From assembly GCA_964583155.1 (NCBI GenBank), contig CAZOUY010000004.1, positions 35,538-99,537 on the forward strand: DNA of 64,000 bases. The letters run 5' to 3'. The stretch is from an uncultured Coprobacillus sp. (lineage in GTDB: Bacteria; Bacillota_I; Bacilli_A; RFN20; CAG-826). The position numbers and the translations under genes are program-made. The notes below the pieces were generated by a model. The model did not search any database and was not told the DNA's origin. It saw nothing but the letters and a program-made list of their open reading frames with translations. Positions 9,620 through 19,173 of the stretch are shown here, in pieces; position 1 is the stretch's first letter, and each line of letters starts with the position of its first letter.

Positions 9620-10627
9620 ATGGCACAAGAAAAAGAAAAAAGCCGCGAAGAAGCTCTGAATGATGCTTTAAAAAGCATCGAAAAAATATATGGTAAAGGA
9701 TCGGTTATGAAATTGGGGGATCGCCCGAATGTCGATATCGATTCAATTCCTACCGGATCTTTGCTTTTAGATAGCGCTTTGGGGATCGGAGGCTATCCTA
9801 AAGGCCGGATTATTGAAATATTCGGACCGGAATCATCCGGCAAAACAACCCTCGCTCTACACGCCATTTCCGAATGTCAAAAAAAGGGTGGAAGAGCGGC
9901 GTTTGTTGATGCTGAGCATGCGATTGATCCGGTCTATGCCAAGCATTTAGGAGTTAATATTGATGAACTAATCTTATCGCAGCCTGATAATGGCGAGCAA
10001 GCGCTGGAAATTGTGGAATTATTGGCTAAATCAAATGCGATCGATATTATTGTGGTCGATTCAGTGGCGGCTTTGGTTCCACAAGCGGAGATTGAAGGCG
10101 TGATGAGTGACAATCAGGTTGGCTTGCAAGCGCGATTGATGTCAAAGGCAATGCGGAAATTGGCGGGCGTCTTGAATAAATCATTATGCACCGTCATATT
10201 TATCAACCAATTGCGTGAAAAGGTTGGAGTCATGTATGGAAATCCGGAAACGACTACCGGGGGAAGAGCGTTAAAATTTTATGCGTCTGTCCGAATTGAT
10301 ATTCGGAGATCTGAGGTTATCAAAGATGGAACTGACATCGTTGGTAACACCGTCAACATCAAAATTGTGAAGAATAAAGTTGCTCCCCCATTTAAGAGCT
10401 GCAAAATTGATTTGATATATGGTGAGGGAATTTCCAAATATGGTGAAATATTGGATTTAGCAGTGGAAATGGATCTTGTGAAAAAATCGGGATCTTGGTA
10501 TGAGTATAAAGGCGAACGGATGGGACAAGGCCGCGAAAACGCTAAGCAATATTTAAAAGAAAATCCCGAGGTTTTTGAAGAACTACAGCAGAGCATCCGC
10601 GAACAATTTTTAAATAAGGGCGAATAA
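9620..10627 (+). CDS. recA: Recombinase A
   Basis: [40 protein letters not shown]. Confidence 0.99.
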   Translation: MAQEKEKSREEALNDALKSIEKIYGKGSVMKLGDRPNVDIDSIPTGSLLLDSALGIGGYPKGRIIEIFGPESSGKTTLALHAISECQKKGGRAAFVDAEHAIDPVYAKHLGVNIDELILSQPDNGEQALEIVELLAKSNAIDIIVVDSVAALVPQAEIEGVMSDNQVGLQARLMSKAMRKLAGVLNKSLCTVIFINQLREKVGVMYGNPETTTGGRALKFYASVRIDIRRSEVIKDGTDIVGNTVNIKIVKNKVAPPFKSCKIDLIYGEGISKYGEILDLAVEMDLVKKSGSWYEYKGERMGQGRENAKQYLKENPEVFEELQQSIREQFLNKGE

Positions 10628-10665
10628 TAAAATACATTATAGTCTACTAGGAGGTGCATGCTTTA

Positions 10666-10881
10666 ATGAGAAGTGGAACCTGTCCAAAATGTGGCGGAAC
10701 TAACATAAAGAAGATTAAGCTGCAATCAATTGCTAGTGATTCTGCAGTTTGGGATTATGAGTATTATGGACTATTTCAGTGTGCATTCATGACGAGATAT
10801 GTATGCTAGGACTGTGGCTATAGTGAAAGATATTTTGAAGATAAAGATTTGGAAAAGGTGAAAGGAAAAAGCAAAAAATAA
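10666..10881 (+). pseudogene. Small zinc-ribbon protein interrupted by an in-frame TAG (10807-10809)
   Basis: AGGAGG RBS. Frame reads MRSGTCPKCGG...RYVC*DCGYSERYFEDKDLEKVKGKSKK*; the stop falls inside the second CxxC. Not in the ORF track. Confidence 0.75.
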
Positions 10882-11054
10882 AGGGCAAAGGCTCAATGTT
10901 TTTTGCTAAATAATTCCGAGAATTTTCGCATTCTCATATCAAAAAACAATTGAAAAGAGCAATGCCTTGACAAATGGTGAGATATGAAAGTTGGAATTTG
11001 CTTTTAAAAACGGAATGAAAGTTGAAACTAAATTCATCTTTTCTATTTTAAAAT

Positions 11055-11077
11055 GCCTTTACTTTGTCACTTAACGC
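11055..11077 (-). repeat. Copy C (inverted) of a three-copy intergenic element
   Basis: Minus strand GCGTTAAGTGACAAAGTAAAGGC matches 53511-53533 at 21/23; weaker similarity continues toward ~11021. Confidence 0.75.
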
Positions 11078-11130
11078 TTTTTTAGAGATGAGAAAATTAT
11101 GTTTTTTTCCTTTTATAAAGTAATTCAATT

Positions 11131-11139
11131 TGGTATACT
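11131..11139 (+). promoter_or_regulatory. Candidate extended -10 sigma-A promoter for rny
   Basis: TGgTATACT about 210 nt upstream of the rny start; weak -35. Confidence 0.45.
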
Positions 11140-11347
11140 ATAAATGTGCTCTATGCACTTATACCTTGTAAATATAGATTTCAACATTTAATTAGAGGCG
11201 TAGTCCTTATCATATAATTATTTGGATCAAGAAAACACACCTACAGGGAATATTATGGTCTTTTTATGACTATTTTTATCACTTTTTAGTTGATAATGTA
11301 ATTTTTGATTACTCTAAAAAAATATTGGAGAAGGGGGATTTTTTATC

Positions 11348-12925
11348 ATGATTATTTTAGAAACGGCAAAAAGTATGCCGTTATGGTTAGCTATTTTGCT
11401 AATGTTTGTTATGTTAATTCTCGGAGCTGTCATAACTCTTTTAGTGCCTTTCTTTAAGATCAAAGCATCTATGAAAAAAAGCGAAAAGATTTTAAAGGAC
11501 GCAGAAACAAAATCCGATCATTTACTGAAAACTGCGCAATTGGATGCCAAACAGCACGCTTATGAAATGAAAGTCGAAGCGGAAAAAGAAATAAAGGAGA
11601 AAAAGGCGGAATTAGCGGTTCAAGAGAATAAATTGTTACAACGTGAGCAAGGAATCGATCGCCGCGATATCGCCTTACTCGCTAAAGAAAACACGTTGGA
11701 AGAAAAAAATGAGGCCCTGAATAAGCGAATGAAAGAAATTGATCGCAAAGAGGCCGTACTCCAAGAAAAAATTGACTCTATTTTATCGGAATTAGAGAAG
11801 GTCGCGAATATGTCGGTAGGAGAAGCAAAAGAGGAGATTTTCCGCCGTGTCGAAAGCAAAATATCGCGCGAATTAGCGGCCTATGTCAAAAATAAGGAAG
11901 AAGAGGCTCGCGATACTGCTGATACAACTGCGAAAGAAATTTTATCATTGGCAATTTCCAAATATTCTCAAGATGTCACTTCGGAAAGAACCGTTTCCGT
12001 GGTAGCGTTGCCAAGCGATGAAATGAAGGGCCGAATCATCGGACGTGAAGGTCGGAATATTCGTTCTTTAGAGCAATTATTAGGGGTTGACTTAATCATC
12101 GATGACACTCCTGAGGTCATCACGGTTTCTTGCTTCGATCCGATTCGTCGAGAAATCGCTCGTTTATCATTGGAAAATTTGATTAAAGATGGTCGTATTC
12201 AACCGGGTAGAATAGAAGAAGTAGTGGAAAAAGCGAAAAATGAAGTGGCTGAATCGGTACGTAAGACCGGTCAAGAGGTTGCCTTTAAGCTTGGTCTACC
12301 GCGCATTAACAAAGAATTATTAGATTATGTTGGACGATTGAAATATCGAACCAGCTATGGCCAGAATGCTTTGGATCATTCCATTGAAGTCGCTTACTTA
12401 GCCGGAATTATGGCCGCTGAGTTGGGCTTGGATCAAAATCTCGCTAAAAGAGCAGGATTATTGCATGATATCGGTAAAGCGGCTGACTTTGAATTAGATG
12501 GCAGTCACGTGGAAATTGGTGTTCGTTTGGCGAAAAAATATGGTGAGCCTGATGTGGTGATTAACGCTATCGAATCGCATCATGGCGATGTGCCTTCGAA
12601 ATATTTTATCTCTAATTTAGTAGCGGCGGCCGATACCTTATCGGCGGCACGCCCGGGCGCACGCAGCGAAACCTTAGAGAATTATGTGAAGCGAATTGAA
12701 AAATTGGAAACTATTTGTAAATCTTATGAGGGTGTCAGCCAATGCTATGCTATGCAATCCGGACGTGAGGTCCGAATCATGGTTGTCCCTGAAAAAGTTG
12801 ATGATTTAGGAGCCTTTAAGTTAGCCCGTGAAATTCGTGAAAGAATCGAAGAGGAAATGACTTATCCGGGTCAAATTAAAGTATCTGTAATTCGAGAAAT
12901 GCGAGCTATTGAACTCGCTAAATAA
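11348..12925 (+). CDS. rny: Ribonuclease Y
   Basis: N-terminal TM, coiled coil, KH ([13 protein letters not shown]), HD domain (GLLHDIGK). Confidence 0.97.
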   Translation: MIILETAKSMPLWLAILLMFVMLILGAVITLLVPFFKIKASMKKSEKILKDAETKSDHLLKTAQLDAKQHAYEMKVEAEKEIKEKKAELAVQENKLLQREQGIDRRDIALLAKENTLEEKNEALNKRMKEIDRKEAVLQEKIDSILSELEKVANMSVGEAKEEIFRRVESKISRELAAYVKNKEEEARDTADTTAKEILSLAISKYSQDVTSERTVSVVALPSDEMKGRIIGREGRNIRSLEQLLGVDLIIDDTPEVITVSCFDPIRREIARLSLENLIKDGRIQPGRIEEVVEKAKNEVAESVRKTGQEVAFKLGLPRINKELLDYVGRLKYRTSYGQNALDHSIEVAYLAGIMAAELGLDQNLAKRAGLLHDIGKAADFELDGSHVEIGVRLAKKYGEPDVVINAIESHHGDVPSKYFISNLVAAADTLSAARPGARSETLENYVKRIEKLETICKSYEGVSQCYAMQSGREVRIMVVPEKVDDLGAFKLAREIRERIEEEMTYPGQIKVSVIREMRAIELAK

Positions 12926-12928
12926 TTT

Positions 12929-12954
12929 AATAGGACCATTGGTCCTATTTCTTT
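12929..12954 (+). terminator. Hairpin between rny and ymdB
   Basis: AATAGGACC-att-GGTCCTATT then TCTTT. Confidence 0.55.
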
Positions 12955-12975
12955 ATGGAAAGGAGGGATGATCTC

Positions 12976-13764
12976 ATGCGTCTTTTATTTATCGGTGATA
13001 TCGTAGGCAAAAGTGGACGGAGCGTTGTAAAAGCCCATTTACCGGAGCTGATTAAAAAATATCAAATCGATTTTGTGATTGCGAATGGTGAAAACGTCAC
13101 TCATGGAAAAGGATTAATTGAGCACCATTATGAGCAATTGCTGCAGATGGGAATTGATTGTATCACATTGGGAAATCATTATGAATCAAAAAGCGAGATT
13201 ACGGAGTATCTTGAAGGTGCTGAGCATTTAATTAGACCCTACAACCTAAAGAAGAATTATCCTGGTGTTGGCACTGCTGTATTTGAAGTCGATAATTTCC
13301 GGATTCGTGTCACCAATTTATTAGGACAGGCCTTCATGCTCGAAGAGGTAAATAATCCCTTTGACGCTTTAAAAGAGATTATTGAACAAGAGGAACCGGC
13401 GGACATTCATATCGTTGATTTTCATGCCGAAGCTACCGGAGAGAAGCAAGCGCTCGGTTGGGCTTTTGACGGAGAGGTGACTGCGGTTATCGGCACGCAT
13501 ACTCATGTCCAAACCCATGATGAACGAATTTTAGCAAAGGGAACGGCGTTTATGTGCGATGTTGGAATGTGTGGGCCCTTAAATAGTGTTCTCGGGGCCA
13601 AAAAAGAGACGATGATCGCCCGTGCTTGGAAAGGCGAAAAGGTGCGTTATGAATTGTCACCAGAAAAAGGCAGTGTTTTATCGGCTGTCCTTATCGATGT
13701 CAATCCCGATTTGGGTTTAGCCACCGCGATCAAGTCAATTATTTTGTTTGATGAACATATTTAG
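12976..13764 (+). CDS. ymdB: YmdB family metallophosphoesterase (TIGR00282)
   Basis: LFIGDIVG, IANGEN, TLGNH, VDFHAEATGEK, GTHTHVQT. Confidence 0.95.
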   Translation: MRLLFIGDIVGKSGRSVVKAHLPELIKKYQIDFVIANGENVTHGKGLIEHHYEQLLQMGIDCITLGNHYESKSEITEYLEGAEHLIRPYNLKKNYPGVGTAVFEVDNFRIRVTNLLGQAFMLEEVNNPFDALKEIIEQEEPADIHIVDFHAEATGEKQALGWAFDGEVTAVIGTHTHVQTHDERILAKGTAFMCDVGMCGPLNSVLGAKKETMIARAWKGEKVRYELSPEKGSVLSAVLIDVNPDLGLATAIKSIILFDEHI

Positions 13765-13801
13765 ATTTCCTTCTTCATAAACATTTGAAGAGGATAAAAA
13801 A

Positions 13802-14071
13802 ATGATTCAAACAATTAAAGTACGAAAAGATTCAAATGTTAATGCAGTGGCCGGTTCAATTAGCAATATTTTGCGTGAACAGGCAAGTGTTGAGGTGCAA
13901 ACGGTAGGCGCTGGAGCTCTCAATCAGGCCATTAAGGCGATTATTATTGCTCGGGGCTTTTTAGCACCATCAAATATCGATGTCACCGTTGTCCCTTCTT
14001 TTCAAGAGATCACCATTGAACATGAAATGAAGACTGCTATTCGCTTAAAGGTCGAAAAGCATTATATTTAA
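13802..14071 (+). CDS. spoVS: Stage V sporulation protein S
   Basis: VAGSI, VQTVGAGALNQAIKAIIIARGF; follows ymdB. Confidence 0.93.
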   Translation: MIQTIKVRKDSNVNAVAGSISNILREQASVEVQTVGAGALNQAIKAIIIARGFLAPSNIDVTVVPSFQEITIEHEMKTAIRLKVEKHYI

Positions 14072-14135
14072 TGAAGAAAGGAATATCATAAGATTAGCGC
14101 TAATGGATATGGTTTTATGATATAAGGAGTTTAGT

Positions 14136-15578
14136 ATGAAAGGCTGCATCATCAAAAGCAAACCCTCGCTCGAAATGGCAAGGAAACGAAACCCAAATGA
14201 CCAAACAACGATTATTAAAGAGGACTTTATTGTTTCGACTTATATGCAAGAAATGGCTAGTGGCAAGAAGTATTTTATTCGAACCTATGGTTGTCAGGCT
14301 AATGTTCGCGATGAAGAAACAATGGCGGGGATGTTAGAAAAGGCCGGATATGTCAAAGCGGATAATGTCAAAGACGCTGATTTAGTGATTCTAAATACCT
14401 GTGCGGTACGTGAGAATGCCGAAGATCGCGTCTATGGTGAATTAGGACAGTTAAAAGGGCTGAAAGGTCAGAAAAAGGATTTAATCATCGCTTGCTGTGG
14501 CTGCATGATACAGGAAGAGCATATCGTGGACACTATCGAAAAAAGCTATCGTCAAGTGGATTTGCTTTTCGGAACCCATAATATTCAAGATCTTTTGTCG
14601 CTGCTCGAAGAAGTATATCGCAGTCAAAAACGGATTATCGCGGTAGAATCGAAAAGTGGCGAGGTAATAGAAAATCTCCCATCCACTCGCTTGGAAAGCA
14701 AAAAAGCTTTCGTAAATATCATGTATGGATGTGATAAGTTTTGCACTTATTGTATTGTTCCTTATACTCGTGGCAAGCAGCGGAGTCGCGCTTTGGATGA
14801 TATTCTTCAAGAAACCAAAGAATTGCTGGCGAAGGGATATATGGAAATCACATATTTAGGGCAGAATGTCAATGCCTATGGCAAGGATTTAGATGAAGGT
14901 GTGGATTTTGCAACTCTTTTAGAAAAAGTAGCCCTTTTAAACGTTCCCCGGATACGTTTTACGACTTCCCATCCTTGGGATTTTAGCGATCGTATGATTG
15001 AAATCATCGCCAAATATGATAATATCATGCCCTTCATTCATTTGCCGTTGCAATCGGGAAACGATGAGATTTTGCGAAGAATGGGACGTCGCTATAGCGC
15101 TGAACAATACTTAGAGTTGGTCGATAAAATGCGAAAAGCGATTCCTTCTTTAGCGCTCTCGACCGATATTATTGTCGGTTTTCCTAACGAAACCGAAGAG
15201 CAATTTCAGGATACTTTGAAGATGGTGGAGAAGGTTGGCTATGATAGCGCCTTTACCTTCATTTATTCGCCACGTGTGGGAACGCCGGCTAGCTTGATGG
15301 AGGATAAGGTCTCATCTCAAGAGAAGCATGATCGCTTTGATCGCCTCGTTTTAGCGGTGGAAAAAGGAGCTATAGAAAGAGCGAATCAGATGATCGGAAG
15401 GGTTTATGACGTGTTAGTGGATGGCTACTCCAAAAAGAACAAGAGCGTTCTTTCGGGATATACCGATACTAATAAATTGGTGCATTTTTCAGGGGATGAA
15501 TCCTTGATCGGAAAAATAGTCAAAGTCAAAATCATCGAATCGCATCTTTATTCCATGATTGGAGAATTGTGCCTATGA
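14136..15578 (+). CDS. miaB: tRNA methylthiotransferase MiaB
   Basis: TYGCQAN, NTCAVRE, radical SAM GCDKFCTYC, C-terminal TRAM domain. Confidence 0.95.
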   Translation: MKGCIIKSKPSLEMARKRNPNDQTTIIKEDFIVSTYMQEMASGKKYFIRTYGCQANVRDEETMAGMLEKAGYVKADNVKDADLVILNTCAVRENAEDRVYGELGQLKGLKGQKKDLIIACCGCMIQEEHIVDTIEKSYRQVDLLFGTHNIQDLLSLLEEVYRSQKRIIAVESKSGEVIENLPSTRLESKKAFVNIMYGCDKFCTYCIVPYTRGKQRSRALDDILQETKELLAKGYMEITYLGQNVNAYGKDLDEGVDFATLLEKVALLNVPRIRFTTSHPWDFSDRMIEIIAKYDNIMPFIHLPLQSGNDEILRRMGRRYSAEQYLELVDKMRKAIPSLALSTDIIVGFPNETEEQFQDTLKMVEKVGYDSAFTFIYSPRVGTPASLMEDKVSSQEKHDRFDRLVLAVEKGAIERANQMIGRVYDVLVDGYSKKNKSVLSGYTDTNKLVHFSGDESLIGKIVKVKIIESHLYSMIGELCL

Positions 15579-15886
15579 CCTTCGAAGAGGCTCTTCAAGA
15601 ATGTCATCAGGAATTGCTCAAGCAAAAAGAGGTCGTATGGTATTTAGAATTAAAGGAAAGAATAAAGAACAATCCGGAAATCCAAGAATTAGTATCGAAG
15701 ACCCATTACTATCAGCGGCAAATGACATTGAATTATGATAATAATGAAAGATATCAAGAGATGCGTCGGCAGTTTCTTGATTATCAGCGGAAATATGATG
15801 AGCACCCGTTGATCCAGAATTTGAAGGTATTGCAGGAGCAGATTTATGATTTGTTAATGCAAATAAAGACGATTATCGAAAACTAA
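15575..15886 (+). CDS. ymcA: YlbF/YmcA (Ric) family regulator
   Basis: Helical 103-aa protein ending ..HPLIQN; lies between miaB and cotE as ymcA does in B. subtilis. Confidence 0.6.
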   Translation: MTFEEALQECHQELLKQKEVVWYLELKERIKNNPEIQELVSKTHYYQRQMTLNYDNNERYQEMRRQFLDYQRKYDEHPLIQNLKVLQEQIYDLLMQIKTIIEN

Positions 15887-15892
15887 AGATAA

Positions 15893-15918
15893 ATAAATAT
15901 CACTTTCTTTCATATATT
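15893..15918 (+). promoter_or_regulatory. Candidate sigma-E promoter of cotE
   Basis: ATA-N15-CATATATT; B. subtilis cotE is sigE dependent. Confidence 0.4.
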
Positions 15919-15935
15919 GAAATGAGGTGATTTTT

Positions 15936-16451
15936 TTGTATCGAGAAATAATCGTGAAGACAATGATTGGTAAAGGCAAATATTTGGGATATGAAACGAA
16001 GCAAATTGTTTTACCAGAGGCAGCCAGTAAGACCTTGGGCTGTTGGATTATCAATCATCAATATGAAACAGAAGAAAGCAAACGGACCGTCGTTATCAAG
16101 GGACAATATGATGTGCAATTGTGGTATGCGACCGATCATGATCAAAAAACCAATGTATACAATGAAACAATTCCCTTTTTTGGCCCATGCCAGATGTCAT
16201 GGCGGAAGCTTAAAACGATCGATGATCAATTATTGCTGAAGGTCCATGTAGTCAAATATCCGACGGCAGTGGGTATGCGATTGGTGGATGACCATACTAT
16301 GGAAATTCGCATTGAGAGTGAGTACATAATCGATGCCTTTGCGGATGCAATTGTCACAGTGGATTGTAAGGATGATGATTCTATTGAAAGCGATATCGAT
16401 GAAGAAATCGTCATGAATGTTAATCCTAATTACCTTGAAGAAAAGAAATAA
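15936..16451 (+). CDS. cotE: Outer spore coat morphogenetic protein CotE
   Basis: YREIIVK..IGKG, LGCWIINH.Y, G.YDVQLWY, acidic C-terminus with ..VNPNYLEE. TTG start after GAGGTG (ORF track starts at 15927). Confidence 0.9.
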   Translation: MYREIIVKTMIGKGKYLGYETKQIVLPEAASKTLGCWIINHQYETEESKRTVVIKGQYDVQLWYATDHDQKTNVYNETIPFFGPCQMSWRKLKTIDDQLLLKVHVVKYPTAVGMRLVDDHTMEIRIESEYIIDAFADAIVTVDCKDDDSIESDIDEEIVMNVNPNYLEEKK

Positions 16452-16540
16452 TGCCCGTTATTTAGAAGTGAAAGGTGCAAAAAACCTTCATTGTCGATAA
16501 GCTGAGTCTTAATATTTGTCTATGTGCGTATTAAATAATT

Positions 16541-16570
16541 TGCTGAGGATGATCGTTCTCAGCATTTTTT
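16541..16570 (+). terminator. Intrinsic terminator after cotE
   Basis: TGCTGAGGA-tgatcg-TTCTCAGCA plus T6. Confidence 0.7.
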
Positions 16571-16647
16571 ACATGAAAAAAATTATAAATCCTATTGGAT
16601 TTATGATATCATGTAAATGATACCAAAATGAAGTTTGAGGTGATGGT

Positions 16648-19164
16648 ATGAAACCAAAATATACCCCAATGATGATGCAATATTTAGGAATTAAAGAGAA
16701 ATATCCCGACACTTTAATTTTGTTTCGTCTAGGTGATTTTTATGAATTATTCTTTGAAGACGCTAAAGTTGCCAGTCGGGAACTGCAACTGGCTCTAACA
16801 GGAAAAAATGCCGGAGCGGAGGAAAAGGTTCCCATGTGCGGGGTTCCGCATCACGCTATCAAATCCTATATTGCTAAGCTGATTCAAAAAGGCTATAAGG
16901 TTGGTATTGTCGAACAATTGGAAGACCCGGCCTTGGCTAAGGGCATCGTCGAACGGGATGTTGTGCAGATTATCACTCCCGGGGCGGCTATGGATGTCTC
17001 AAGCACGGATAATAATTATATTGTGGCGTGTGATGAAACAGATCTAAACTATGTTCTGGCGTACGCCGATTTATCGACCGGTGAAATCAATGTGATGAAT
17101 ATCGAACGTGATTTTACTTCCTTATTGAGCGAATTAGATAATCTGTTAACCCGGGAAATAGTCGTGAAATCATCATTCAACTCCAAAACTTTGGATGAAA
17201 TTGTCAATAAAAGAAAATTGTTAATTTCCTTTGAGGATGAAGATCAAATTGATTTGGAATATGAAAATATCCTATCAGAAGTTCAAGATTTATATCAAAT
17301 GCGCACGGTGGTACGCTTGATTTCTTATTTGAAGAAGACGCAAAAAAGAAAATTGGATTATCTGCAAACAGTCCGTGTTATTAAAGCGGCTAAGAGTCTT
17401 CAAATCGATTCATATTCGCGGCTCAATCTTGAATTGGTTCGGACCATTAGAAGTGAAGAAAAATACGGTTCATTATATTGGCTTCTTGATCACACCAAGA
17501 CCGCGATGGGAGGAAGATTACTAAAGAATTGGATTCAAAAGCCATCGTGTGATTTAGCGGAGATTATTTCCCGCCAATTGATGGTCAAGGCCCTGATAGA
17601 TAATTTTATGATTCGGGCCGATATTCAAAATCAATTAGATGAGGTCTATGATTTGGAACGCTTGATTGCGCGCATCAGCTTTGGTAATGCGAATGGCCGC
17701 GATTTATTGCAGTTAAGGACCTCTTTGAAGGCGGTTCCGCCTTTAAAATCACTTCTCAATTCTCTGGGAAATGATGATTTTCATCGCTTAGGAAATAATA
17801 TGGATGCTCTTGAAGCCTTAACGCAGATTATCGATGAGGCGATCAGCGATGATGCTCCGATCACCATCAAAGAAGGCGGAATCTTTAAGCGTGGATATAA
17901 TAAAGAGCTAGATGAGCTGATTGAATTATCCCATGGAGGTAAATCCTGGGTAGCATCCCTAGAAGCCAAAGAACGGGAGCGAACCGGTATTAAGACCTTA
18001 AAGGTCGGCTATAATCGCGTATTCGGTTACTATATTGAGGTTTCTAAAGGCAGCAAAGATCTCATCAAGGACGAATGGGGCTTTGAGCGTAAGCAGACAA
18101 CGGTCAATAGTGAGCGCTATATCACCCAAGAGCTCAAAGAAAAAGAAGCGATGATTTTAAACGCGGATGAGCGACGGATGAAGCTTGAATATGAATTGTT
18201 TTTAAATCTTCGCATGATGGTTCAGGAATCAACGCAAAGGATTCAGCAATTAGCGAATCAAATTGCTTTTTTAGATGTGATTGTTTCTTTGGCGGAAACA
18301 AGCGCCGGACCAGGATATGTCTGTCCGACCTTTAATCAAAAGCGAACGATCGATATTAAAAAGGGACGTCATCCCGTTATTGAAAAGGTCATGAAGAACA
18401 ATCGCTTTGTGGCTAATGATGTTTATTTGCCGGAGGGCAATGATATCTTATTGATTACCGGTCCTAATATGGGCGGAAAATCGACATATATGCGCGAGCT
18501 GGCTCTCATCATCGTGCTAGCACAAATAGGATGCTATGTCCCGGCAGAATCCGCTTCGTTGATGGTCTTTGATCGCATTTTTACCCGCATTGGAGCGTCG
18601 GATGATTTAGTATCGGGTCAATCGACATTTATGGTGGAAATGTGTGAGGCTAATCACGCTTTACGACACGCGAGTGAAAATTCCTTATTGATTTTTGATG
18701 AAATAGGGCGCGGAACCGCGACATTTGATGGCATGGCTTTGGCGCAAGCGATCATTGAATATATTCATTCGCGCCTTCATGCCAAAACTCTATTCAGTAC
18801 GCATTATCACGAATTGACCTCATTGGATAAAGAAATATCCTCTTTGCGAAATGTGCAGGTTTCAGTATCTGAAGAGGACGATCACATTACTTTCCTTTAC
18901 AAGGTACTTGATGGGGCGATGAATAAATCATACGGAATAAATGTCGCACGTTTGGCCCATTTGCCCGATGAGCTTTTAAATCGGGCGAAAGAAATATTGG
19001 AAAATCTCGAAAATAAAGATATCCCACGCGATGTTCATGTTTTGCAGCCACGCGAAGAAAAAGAAGAAGCTTGGATTCAAGAAGTACGTCATCTCGATCC
19101 CTTATCGATGACGCCTCTCGAGGCTCTTAATTTTCTCTATGATTTAAAAAAGAAGATAAAGTAG
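16648..19164 (+). CDS. mutS: DNA mismatch repair protein MutS
   Basis: TPMMMQY, FRLGDFYELF, ITGPNMGGKSTYMR, STFMVEM, DEIGRGT. Confidence 0.98.
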   Translation: MKPKYTPMMMQYLGIKEKYPDTLILFRLGDFYELFFEDAKVASRELQLALTGKNAGAEEKVPMCGVPHHAIKSYIAKLIQKGYKVGIVEQLEDPALAKGIVERDVVQIITPGAAMDVSSTDNNYIVACDETDLNYVLAYADLSTGEINVMNIERDFTSLLSELDNLLTREIVVKSSFNSKTLDEIVNKRKLLISFEDEDQIDLEYENILSEVQDLYQMRTVVRLISYLKKTQKRKLDYLQTVRVIKAAKSLQIDSYSRLNLELVRTIRSEEKYGSLYWLLDHTKTAMGGRLLKNWIQKPSCDLAEIISRQLMVKALIDNFMIRADIQNQLDEVYDLERLIARISFGNANGRDLLQLRTSLKAVPPLKSLLNSLGNDDFHRLGNNMDALEALTQIIDEAISDDAPITIKEGGIFKRGYNKELDELIELSHGGKSWVASLEAKERERTGIKTLKVGYNRVFGYYIEVSKGSKDLIKDEWGFERKQTTVNSERYITQELKEKEAMILNADERRMKLEYELFLNLRMMVQESTQRIQQLANQIAFLDVIVSLAETSAGPGYVCPTFNQKRTIDIKKGRHPVIEKVMKNNRFVANDVYLPEGNDILLITGPNMGGKSTYMRELALIIVLAQIGCYVPAESASLMVFDRIFTRIGASDDLVSGQSTFMVEMCEANHALRHASENSLLIFDEIGRGTATFDGMALAQAIIEYIHSRLHAKTLFSTHYHELTSLDKEISSLRNVQVSVSEEDDHITFLYKVLDGAMNKSYGINVARLAHLPDELLNRAKEILENLENKDIPRDVHVLQPREEKEEAWIQEVRHLDPLSMTPLEALNFLYDLKKKIK

Positions 19165-19173
19165 GTGACTATC

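Noticed and set aside
10807-10809. Amber recoding (pyrrolysine or TAG to Gln) as an explanation for the in-frame TAG
   Set aside because: TAG clearly ends normal genes here (cca, mutS, fhs, ispF) and no pyl genes are in the window
16452-16540. Possible sRNA between cotE and mutS
   Set aside because: Only a weak bulged hairpin before the terminator; compatible with a plain 3' UTR
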